From Cereibacter sphaeroides 2.4.1 (lineage in GTDB: Bacteria > Pseudomonadota > Alphaproteobacteria > Rhodobacterales > Rhodobacteraceae): 32,000 nucleotides of DNA. The stretch covers positions 2,880,001-2,912,000 of the forward strand of contig NC_007493.2 of the NCBI RefSeq assembly GCF_000012905.2. Direction: 5' to 3'. The notes under the pieces were generated by a model, which worked only from the letters and a program-made list of their open reading frames with translations, did not search any database and had not been told where the DNA came from. A program made the position numbers and the translations under genes. Positions 19,763 to 26,636 of this stretch are shown here, one piece after another; the stretch's first letter is position 1, and every line of letters begins with the position of its first letter.

Positions 19763-20682
19763 GCGCTCCGCTCCAGAAGGACGCCCACATGCGCCGCGCT
19801 GCTCGCGGCGAGGGCAGCCAGATCATATCCCCCCTCGAGTGTCGATACCACCCGCCCGCCGCATGACGCCGCAGCCAGATCGCAGAGCCGCCCCGTCAGC
19901 CAGGCGAAATCCGCCTCGCGCCAGTTGAGATTGGCCAACGGATCGGCGGCATGGGCGTCGAAGCCCGCCGAGATCAGGATCAGCTCCGGCTGCCAGGCCT
20001 CGATGCGTCGGAAGGCTTCCTCCCAGGCCGCGCGCATCTCGGCGCTGCCGCTTCCGGGCGCCAGCGGCAGGTTCAGGATCTGGCCGTGCGCGCCGCGCTC
20101 GTCGGCCGCCCCGGTGCCGGGATAGAGCGGCATCTGGTGACTCGAGACGAAGAGCGCGCGGCTCTCGTCCCACAGCAGGTCCTGCGTGCCGTTGCCGTGG
20201 TGGACGTCGAAATCCACCACCGCGACCCGGTCGAGCCCGTGATGATCGAGGGCGCGCTTGGCCGCGATGGCGGCCGAGCCGAAGAGGCAGAAACCCATCG
20301 GCCGCTCGCGCTCGGCGTGATGGCCGGGCGGGCGGCAGCCCACGAAGGCCGAGGAGGCTTCGCCCGCCAGCACCAGATCGACGGCGGCGCAGGTGCCGCC
20401 CACTGCCCGCATCGCCGCCTCGAACGAGCCCGGCGACATCCAGGTGTCCGGGTCGAGCCCGCGAATACCCTCGGCGGGCTCGGCCGCGCGGATCCGGTCG
20501 AGATAGGCCTGCGGATGGCAGCGCAGCACGTCAGCCTCTTCCGCCAGCGGCGCCTCGCGCCGCTCGAGCGGCAGCCGGTCGATCCCCGCCGCCACCGCTG
20601 CCATCCGCTCGATCCGCTCGGGGTGCCCCTCGGGCGTCGCATGTGCTTCGGATGCTGCGTGCGAAATCCAGACCACCGTCAT
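19759..20682 (-). CDS. Histone deacetylase-family (HDAC/AcuC/APAH-like) zinc amidohydrolase
   Basis: 307 aa from MTVVWISH, with a GGGAGGAG SD upstream. The signature motifs are CRPPGHHAE, VDFDVHHGNGTQ and EGGY. The stop overlaps the xseB ATG (ATGA). Confidence 0.9.
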   Translation of the reverse strand: MTVVWISHAASEAHATPEGHPERIERMAAVAAGIDRLPLERREAPLAEEADVLRCHPQAYLDRIRAAEPAEGIRGLDPDTWMSPGSFEAAMRAVGGTCAAVDLVLAGEASSAFVGCRPPGHHAERERPMGFCLFGSAAIAAKRALDHHGLDRVAVVDFDVHHGNGTQDLLWDESRALFVSSHQMPLYPGTGAADERGAHGQILNLPLAPGSGSAEMRAAWEEAFRRIEAWQPELILISAGFDAHAADPLANLNWREADFAWLTGRLCDLAAASCGGRVVSTLEGGYDLAALAASSAAHVGVLLERSA

Positions 20683-20802
20683 GCCGTCTCCTCCCTGTCG
20701 TGCCGGAGCAGACTGCGGGGAAAGCCGCGGCATCTCAACCCGGCCGTGCGGAGGAGGGCCCGCCATTCGCGCTTCGTGAATGACACCCTGGCAAACCCGC
20801 TG

Positions 20803-21501
20803 TCAGTCCGGCGCGAGCATGTAGCCCGAGCCGCGCACCGTCTGAAGATAGCGTGGCTGCCGCGGGTCCACCTCGATCTTCCGGCGCAGCCGCGTGATCT
20901 GCACGTCCACCGCCCGCTCCTGGCTCTGGCTGTCGTCGCGGCCGAGATCTCCCACCAGCTTCTCGCGGCTGACCGCCTCGCCGGGCTGGGCCGCGAAGAT
21001 CCGCATCAGCGCGGCCTCGGTCGCCGTCAGCCGCACGGGCTCGGTGCCGCGCCACAATTCGCCCCGCTCGAGATCGTAGCGCACATCGCCCAGATGCAGC
21101 ACCTTGGGCCCCAGCTCGGGCCGCGCCGAGGGCACGCGCCGCAGGATGGCGTTGATGCGCAGCAGAAGCTCCTTGGGTTCGAAGGGCTTGGCCAGATAAT
21201 CGTCGGCCCCCGCCTCGAGACCCTCGATCCGGTGCGAGGTCTCGCCGCGCGCGGTCAGCAGAAGGATCGGCGTGGCCAGATCCTCGCGCAGGGACCGGGT
21301 CAGCGACACCCCGTCCTCGCCCGGCATCATCACGTCGAGCACGATCATGTCGAACTCGAGCCCGTCGAGCAGCCGCCGCGCCTGCGCCGCATCGCGGGCC
21401 GTCGAGATGAGGAATCCGTTCCGGATCAGGAACTTCTGCAGAAGGCTCCGGATGCGCTCGTCATCGTCCACCACGAGAAGATGCGCCTGTGGCTCACTCA
21501 C
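20803..21501 (-). CDS. OmpR-family response regulator (PetR/CenR-like)
   Basis: The receiver domain reads HLLVVDDDERIRSLL...MIVLDVMMPGEDG...ADDYLAKPFEPKELL. The winged-helix C-terminus reads TEAALMRIF...VDVQITRLRRKIE...YLQTVRGSGY. The GTG start overlaps the MarR stop (GTGA), with AAGGAGG upstream. No histidine kinase is adjacent. Confidence 0.9.
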   Translation of the reverse strand: MSEPQAHLLVVDDDERIRSLLQKFLIRNGFLISTARDAAQARRLLDGLEFDMIVLDVMMPGEDGVSLTRSLREDLATPILLLTARGETSHRIEGLEAGADDYLAKPFEPKELLLRINAILRRVPSARPELGPKVLHLGDVRYDLERGELWRGTEPVRLTATEAALMRIFAAQPGEAVSREKLVGDLGRDDSQSQERAVDVQITRLRRKIEVDPRQPRYLQTVRGSGYMLAPD

Positions 21502-22007
21502 GCCCCACCCTCCTTCAGCGTCTGATACTGACGCCGCAACTCCGGATCCATCATCGCCTCGAGCACCTGCCGGAACCCCTGCACCACCGCGGGTCCGGCA
21601 GACCGATAAGCCGCCCGCATCCGCGCCCGCTGCGCGTCCGACAGGGTGCGCTCAAGCTCCGTTCCCTTCGGCGTGAGGTAGAGGTGGCGCTCGCGCTTGT
21701 CCACCCGACCGATCCGGCTCTCGACCAGCCCATCCTCGATCAGCGTCCGCAGCACCCGGTTCAGGCTCTGCTTCGTGGCGCCCAGGATCGACAGGAGATT
21801 GTTCACCGTGGTGCCGGGGCTGCGATGGATGAAGTGCATCGCGCGGTGGTGCGCGCGCCCGTAATCGAGATCCTCGAGGATGCGGTCGGGATCGGCGGTG
21901 AAACCCCTATAGGCAAAGAACATCGCCTCGATGCCCTTCCTGAGCTGCTCGTCCGTCAGGAACAGGAGCGACTCGCCGCCCCCGGGTCCCGGTGCTCCTT
22001 GCGACAT
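21498..22007 (-). CDS. MarR-family transcriptional regulator (PetP-like)
   Basis: 169 aa. The winged HTH reads MHFIHRSPGTTVNNLLSILGATKQSLNRVLRTLIEDGLVESRIGRVDKRERHLYLTPKG. It is translationally coupled to the response regulator. Confidence 0.85.
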   Translation of the reverse strand: MSQGAPGPGGGESLLFLTDEQLRKGIEAMFFAYRGFTADPDRILEDLDYGRAHHRAMHFIHRSPGTTVNNLLSILGATKQSLNRVLRTLIEDGLVESRIGRVDKRERHLYLTPKGTELERTLSDAQRARMRAAYRSAGPAVVQGFRQVLEAMMDPELRRQYQTLKEGGA

Positions 22008-22089
22008 GATCTTCCCCCCCGTTGTCGCCCAGATTTTATGTCAGCCTTGTTGACTTTCCAAGACTCAACTGTTACCGACAGCCCGTCAT

Positions 22090-22136
22090 TTGCGCAACTT
22101 TATGCCCGGTGCGGACCTATCTTGCGCAATTTATGC
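22090..22136. promoter_or_regulatory. Two copies of palindrome TTGCGCAA followed by (C)TTTATGC, 32 bp apart, in the MarR/ilvE divergent intergenic region (candidate operator)
   Basis: TTGCGCAActttatgc lies at 22090-22105 and TTGCGCAAtttatgc at 22122-22136. Both fall in the relatively AT-rich 155-bp gap between divergent genes. Confidence 0.35.
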
Positions 22137-22162
22137 AAAGCGCCTATGCGCAGGAGGGTGAC

Positions 22163-23029
22163 ATGGCTGGATATGACGATCGCGACGGCAAGATCTGGAT
22201 GGACGGCAAGCTGGTGGAATGGCGCGAGGCGAAGGTGCATATCCTGACCCACGCCCTCCACTATGCCTCGTCCGTCTTCGAAGGCGAGCGCTGCTACAAC
22301 GGCAAGATCTTCAAGTCGGTCGAACATTCCGAGCGGCTGCGCAGGTCCGGCGAGCTGCTGGACATGCCGCTGCCCTATACGGTCGAGGAGATCGAGGCGG
22401 CGAAGAAGGCCACGCTCGAGGCCAACGGCCTGACCGACGCCTATGTCCGGGCCCTCGCCTGGCGCGGCGCCGGCGAGGATATGGGCGTCGCCTCGTCCCG
22501 CAACCCGATCCGCGTGGCCGTCGCGGTCTGGTCCTGGGGCAACTACTACGGCGACGCCAAGTTCAAGGGCGCCAAGCTCGACATCTCGAAGTGGAAACGG
22601 CCCTCGCCCGAGACGATCCCCTCGGCGGCCAAGGCGTCGGGCCTCTACATGATCTGCACCATGTCGAAGCACGCAGCCGAGGCGAAGGGCTGCTCGGACG
22701 CGATGATGTTCGACTACCGCGGCTATGTCGCCGAAGCGACCGGCGCCAACATCTTCTTCGTGAAGGATGGCGAGGTTCACACCCCGCTGCCGGATGCGAT
22801 CCTGAACGGGATCACCCGCCAGACGGTGATCGGGATGCTGCGCGACAAGGGCATCAAGGTGCATGAGCGCTACATCGAGGCCTCGGAGCTCGAAGGGTTC
22901 GAGCAATGCTGGCTGACCGGCACCGCCGCCGAGGTCACCCCGGTCGGCCGGATCGGCGACTACAGCTTCGAGGTGGGCGCCCTCACCCGCGAGATCGCGA
23001 CCGACTACGAGAAGCTCGTCCGCGCCTGA
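22163..23029 (+). CDS. ilvE: Branched-chain amino acid aminotransferase (fold type IV PLP enzyme)
   Basis: 288 aa from the ATG at 22163, with an AGGAGGG SD 5 nt upstream. Recognisable segments are IWMDGKLVEWREAKVHILTHALHYASSVFEGERCY, the PLP-Lys region AAKASGLYM, and NIFFVKDGEVHTP...LNGITR. Confidence 0.93.
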   Translation: MAGYDDRDGKIWMDGKLVEWREAKVHILTHALHYASSVFEGERCYNGKIFKSVEHSERLRRSGELLDMPLPYTVEEIEAAKKATLEANGLTDAYVRALAWRGAGEDMGVASSRNPIRVAVAVWSWGNYYGDAKFKGAKLDISKWKRPSPETIPSAAKASGLYMICTMSKHAAEAKGCSDAMMFDYRGYVAEATGANIFFVKDGEVHTPLPDAILNGITRQTVIGMLRDKGIKVHERYIEASELEGFEQCWLTGTAAEVTPVGRIGDYSFEVGALTREIATDYEKLVRA

Positions 23030-23049
23030 CCGGACAGGGCGCGTCGCGC

Positions 23050-23082
23050 GGGCGCGCCCGCAATCAGAAGGGCGCGCCCGCA
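23050..23082. repeat. Tandem GGGCGCGCCCGCA palindromic motif (2 copies, 20-bp period) between convergent ilvE and a small ORF; possible bidirectional terminator
   Basis: gGGGCGCGCCCgca lies at 23050-23062 and again at 23070-23082. The first copy is part of a perfect 14-nt palindrome, GCGGGCGCGCCCGC. Confidence 0.35.
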
Positions 23083-23115
23083 GGCACGCCCCCGACCCTC
23101 GTCTTCAGCCTTCGA

Positions 23116-23286
23116 TCAGGCCTCGCGGCCCCGCGCGATGCGCAGGAACTCGAGCACGCGGCGGTTGCCGGCCGGCCGGGCCTCCTCGCGGTGCCAGAGG
23201 GACCGCGGATGGCGGGCCAGCCGCAGGAAGTTCTTCACCCGTCCGCCGTCCGAAGGGGTGCGCTTGTCAGCGAGGTGACGGCTCAT
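23116..23286 (-). CDS. Small basic hypothetical protein (56 aa), below the ORF-track length cutoff
   Basis: Hand translation gives MSRHLADKRTPSDGGRVKNFLRLARHPRSLWHREEARPAGNRRVLEFLRIARGREA*. A strong SD lies upstream (AAGGAGGACAGAC-ATG). About 90% G/C at codon position 3 matches the genome's coding bias. Confidence 0.45.
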   Translation of the reverse strand: MSRHLADKRTPSDGGRVKNFLRLARHPRSLWHREEARPAGNRRVLEFLRIARGREA

Positions 23287-23354
23287 GTCTGTCCTCCTTC
23301 AGTTTCAGACCGCCCCAGCATAGGGCAGAACGGCCCTCCAACCAAGCTTTCCGC

Positions 23355-23762
23355 CTAAGGTTCCGAGCCCGGACCGAAGCGGTGCGGCAATCGGCGCGGC
23401 GCTTCCGCCGGCGCAAACAACGATCCCGCCCCTGCAAGACCGGCAAGCGCCGCCGTCGCGCGGGCGGCCAGCGGCTCCTGCGCACCAAGGACAAGCGCCG
23501 TGCCCAGCGCGATCCAGCCGGCCGCTACGACATTGAGACGGCGCGCAAAGGGCTGCTTGCGCGTCTTGTGCCGGAACTGGCGCTGCGCGATCTTCGCCCC
23601 GATCCAGCCCCCCGCCGCGCTGAGCGCGAGCAGGTTGGCCTCCGGAAAGCGCCAGCCGCCCGACGCAGCGCGCCGCTTGTCCAGACGGAAGGCGAACCAG
23701 GTAAGAAGGTTCGCGAACAGGAGGTAGATCGCCAGGGCGGCGGGAAGACTCGGAACGGGCAT
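23355..23762 (-). CDS. DUF1294-family small membrane protein
   Basis: 135 aa from MPVPSLPAAL. FANLLTWFAFRLDKRRAASGGWRFPEANLLALSAAGGWIGAKIAQRQFRHKTRKQPF is the characteristic DUF1294 core. The 248-aa ORF extension would overlap queG and is rejected. Confidence 0.75.
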   Translation of the reverse strand: MPVPSLPAALAIYLLFANLLTWFAFRLDKRRAASGGWRFPEANLLALSAAGGWIGAKIAQRQFRHKTRKQPFARRLNVVAAGWIALGTALVLGAQEPLAARATAALAGLAGAGSLFAPAEAPRRLPHRFGPGSEP

Positions 23763-23790
23763 CGGCACCTCACGCCACGGATATGGCCCC

Positions 23791-24837
23791 TCACTGTGCC
23801 GATTTTTCGTCCAGCCGCGCCAGCGCCCAGCGTGCCGCATCCGCCACCGCCATGTCGGGGTCGTCCACATGCGGCGCAGCCGCCGCCCGAAGCCGCCGAT
23901 CGCCCGAATTGCCGATGGCGTAAAGCACGTTGCGCAGGAACCGGTCGCGCCCGATGCGCTTGATCGGGCTGCCCGAGAAGCGCGCCCGGAAGCCCGCCTC
24001 GTCCAGTCCCGCCAGCTCCGCGAGGGGCGGAGCCCCCACCCGCGCCGCATAGCCGATCTCGGAAGCCGCCTGCGCGAACTTGTTCCACGGGCAGGCCGCA
24101 AGGCAATCGTCGCAGCCGTAGATCCGGTTGCCCATCCGCGCCCGCAGCTCTTCCTCGACCGGGCCCCGGTGCTCGATGGTCAGATAGGAGATGCAGCGCC
24201 GCGCATCGAGCTGGAACGGCGCCGGAAAGGCCCCGGTGGGACAGGCGTCGAGGCAGGCCCGGCACGAGCCGCAATGCTCGCGCCCGGGCGCGTCGCGCGG
24301 CAGCTCGAGCGTGGTGAAGATGGCGCCCAGAAAGAACCAGTTGCCCAGCTCGCGGCTCAGAAGGTTGGTGTGCTTGCCCTGCCAGCCGAGCCCGGCGGCC
24401 TGCGCCAAGGGCTTCTCCATCACCGGCGCCGTATCGACGAAGACCTTGATCTCGCATCCCGTCTCCGCCACCAGCCAGCGCCCGAGCCGCTTCAGCCGCT
24501 TCTTGACGAGATCGTGGTAATCCCTGCCCTGCGCATAGACCGAGACCGCCCCGTGCCCCCGCGCCTCCAGCACCTGCCGCGGATCCTCCTCCGGCGTATA
24601 GAGCTCGGCCAGCATGATGATCGAGCGCGCCTCGGGCCAGAGCGCCGCGGCCGAGCCGCGCCAGGCCTCGCGCTCCTCCATCCAGCCCATCTGCCCCTGC
24701 CGCCCGGCGGCGAGAAACGCGCGCAGGCGCCCCGCCGTTTCCGGTGTCGCGTCGGGGGCACAGATGCCGAGCCGCGCGAAGCCTTCCGCCCGCGCACGCG
24801 CCTCCAGGCGCTCCCTCAGCGTCTCATCGGCTTTCAT
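23791..24837 (-). CDS. queG: tRNA epoxyqueuosine(34) reductase
   Basis: 348 aa. Two 4Fe-4S motifs are present ([15 protein letters not shown] and [12 protein letters not shown]). QueG-typical segments are [30 protein letters not shown], and the C-terminal HEAT-like [12 protein letters not shown]. Confidence 0.93.
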   Translation of the reverse strand: MKADETLRERLEARARAEGFARLGICAPDATPETAGRLRAFLAAGRQGQMGWMEEREAWRGSAAALWPEARSIIMLAELYTPEEDPRQVLEARGHGAVSVYAQGRDYHDLVKKRLKRLGRWLVAETGCEIKVFVDTAPVMEKPLAQAAGLGWQGKHTNLLSRELGNWFFLGAIFTTLELPRDAPGREHCGSCRACLDACPTGAFPAPFQLDARRCISYLTIEHRGPVEEELRARMGNRIYGCDDCLAACPWNKFAQAASEIGYAARVGAPPLAELAGLDEAGFRARFSGSPIKRIGRDRFLRNVLYAIGNSGDRRLRAAAAPHVDDPDMAVADAARWALARLDEKSAQ

Positions 24838-24893
24838 TCTGGCTCAAATATCCCACGGGGGGCGCGGGGGGCGTGAAGCCCCCCGCACGGGTC
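24838..24893. repeat. REP-like intergenic element, copy B (AAATATCC + G6 + perfect 9-bp G6C/GC6 hairpin)
   Basis: tctggctcaaatatcccacggggggcgcggggggcgtgaagccccccgcacggg contains the hairpin GCGGGGGGC-gtgaa-GCCCCCCGC. It fills the whole gap between the GST stop (24897) and the queG ATG (24837). Confidence 0.6.
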
Positions 24894-24896
24894 CGC

Positions 24897-25574
24897 TCAG
24901 AAATCCAGATCCGCATAATGGGCGGGCTGCGGGAAGCCCGGCACCTGATCGGCCAGAAGCGGCCGGAAGGCCGGGCGCGACTTGATCTTGGCATACCAGT
25001 CCTTGACCACCGCATGTCGGTTCCAGTCCACGTCCGAGATGTAATCGAGACAGGACAGCTGCGCGGCTGCGGTGAAATCGGCGAGCGTCATGACATCGCC
25101 CGCCAGCCACCGCCGCTGGTCCAGAAGCCAGGCCATGTAATCGAGGTGATACTTGATCCGGTTCGAGCCGAACTTCACGTTCTTCGAATCCGGATAGCCC
25201 TGCCCCATCAGCTTCTTGTTCACCCGCTCATAGAGCAGCTTCGAGGTGACCTCGTTGTGGAACTTGTCGTCGAACCAGGCGCAGAGCCTGCGCACCTCGA
25301 AGCGCCCATCCACGTCGCGCGGCATGAGCGGCGGCGCAGGCACGGTCTCCTCGATATATTCGCAGATCGCCTGGCTCTCCGAGAGAACCCTGGTGTCCAT
25401 CCGGAGCACCGGAACCTTGCCGGCCGGGTTGCGGCGCAGGAAGTCGGGCGAGGGGTCCCAGAAGCGCTCCTCGACCAGCTCCACCTCGATCTTCTTCTCG
25501 GCAAGCGTGAGTCGCACCTTGCGGCAGAAGGGCGACAGCGGAACGTGATAGAGACGGTTCATCGCAAATGTCAT
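24897..25574 (-). CDS. Glutathione S-transferase family protein
   Basis: The N-terminal thioredoxin-like fold reads LYHVPLSPFCRKVRLTLAEKKIEVELVE...NPAGKVPVL...SESQAICEYI, followed by an alpha-helical C-domain. The start is ambiguous between 25574 (MTFAM) and 25562 (MNRLYH). Confidence 0.85.
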   Translation of the reverse strand: MTFAMNRLYHVPLSPFCRKVRLTLAEKKIEVELVEERFWDPSPDFLRRNPAGKVPVLRMDTRVLSESQAICEYIEETVPAPPLMPRDVDGRFEVRRLCAWFDDKFHNEVTSKLLYERVNKKLMGQGYPDSKNVKFGSNRIKYHLDYMAWLLDQRRWLAGDVMTLADFTAAAQLSCLDYISDVDWNRHAVVKDWYAKIKSRPAFRPLLADQVPGFPQPAHYADLDF

Positions 25575-25642
25575 CTTTCGGAGGCGGGGAGCCCCCCTTC
25601 AATGCCGCGAAGGGCGCCGGGATGCAATCCCGCTCGGGCCCG

Positions 25643-26383
25643 CTACTCGAAGCAGGCGGCCCGCCCGTCGCGCCGGATGGTGTTCGCCCCATCGAGAATC
25701 GCGGCCGAGCGGCGGCGCACCACCGGCCCCGGGCTGGCGGCCGAGCGCACCTTCGGATCCGGCAGGACGGCCGCCAGACGCGCCGACTGCTGCGCAGTGA
25801 GCTTGGCCGGTTCGACACCGAAATAATGTTCCGAAGCGGCGCGGATCCCGAACACCCCCTCGTCGAATTCCGCCACGTTCAGATAGACTTCGAGGATCCG
25901 CCGCTTGGTCCAGATCGTCTCGACCAGCGGCGTCATCATCGCCTCGAGCGCCTTGCGCGGCCAACTGCGGCCCTGCCAGAGGAAGACGTTCTTCGTCACC
26001 TGCTGCGACAGGGTCGAAGCGCCCCGGTTGCCGCCCGCATCGATTGCCGCGCGGATGGCGGTCATGTCGAACCCCCAGTGCAGGCAGAAATTCGCATCTT
26101 CCGCCGCCACCACCGAACGCGCCATCACCGGCGCGATCTCGTCCCAGTCCGCCCATTCGTGATCGACCGAGCCGAGCCGGAGGCTCTCGCTCATCATGTA
26201 GGGCGTGGTGGGCGGGTTCACGAGGCCGAAGAACAGCACGAGCAAGATGGCCGTGACCACCCCCCAGCCGGCGCCGGTCAGAGCCCAGCGCCGCAGGCGG
26301 CGCCGCAGCGGAAGAGCGGGCGGCGCCTCGGGCTCGGGCGGAGGCGGGGCGGCCTTGCGACGGGTCGTCTTGCGCGCGGTCAT
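25643..26383 (-). CDS. mtgA: Monofunctional biosynthetic peptidoglycan transglycosylase
   Basis: The GT51 motifs are VAAEDANFCLHWGFD, GASTLSQQVTKNVFL and RKALEAMMTPLVE..KRRILEVYLNVAEFG-like. It has an N-terminal basic region plus a TM segment. I prefer the ATG at 26383 (MTARKTTRRK). Confidence 0.9.
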   Translation of the reverse strand: MTARKTTRRKAAPPPPEPEAPPALPLRRRLRRWALTGAGWGVVTAILLVLFFGLVNPPTTPYMMSESLRLGSVDHEWADWDEIAPVMARSVVAAEDANFCLHWGFDMTAIRAAIDAGGNRGASTLSQQVTKNVFLWQGRSWPRKALEAMMTPLVETIWTKRRILEVYLNVAEFDEGVFGIRAASEHYFGVEPAKLTAQQSARLAAVLPDPKVRSAASPGPVVRRRSAAILDGANTIRRDGRAACFE

Positions 26384-26600
26384 GAGCCGACCTTGGACAC
26401 GAACCGTCTCCACGGGTCAAGCGAACTTCCGCCCACCCGGACCAGCGCTGCGAGGGGTCGCGCCATGACGGGGCGCCCTCCTCGATTTCGTCGCGGCCCG
26501 CGCGGGCGGCGCGGCCGCCCTCGGGAGACAGCGCGCGAGGCGGGCTCTGCCGGCGGACGGCCGGAGCGGCCCCGTGGGCAGAGGATGCCGTGGCACGCGG

Positions 26601-26625
26601 ATAGAAAGGGGGGCCGCAGCCCCCC
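26601..26625 (-). terminator. Rho-independent-type terminator of gltB
   Basis: The minus strand reads GGGGGGC-TGCG-GCCCCCC, a perfect 7-bp GC stem with a 4-nt loop, followed directly by TTTCTAT. It starts about 11 nt after the gltB stop. Confidence 0.55.
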
Positions 26626-26636
26626 TCTCCGTCGCT

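Noticed and set aside
22008-22021. A C7/G7 homopolymer (cccccccg) directly upstream of the MarR start, as a phase-variation tract.
   Set aside because: It is short, lies in the untranslated region, and probably just forms a G-rich SD (GGGGGGGAAG) on the minus strand. There is no evidence of length heterogeneity from a single sequence.
23763-24101. N-terminal 113-aa extension of the DUF1294 ORF (the 248-aa version starting at 24101).
   Set aside because: The extension overlaps the 3' end of queG out of frame and is Arg/Trp/Gly-rich noise. The DUF1294 core begins at the ATG at 23762, which has a GAGG SD.
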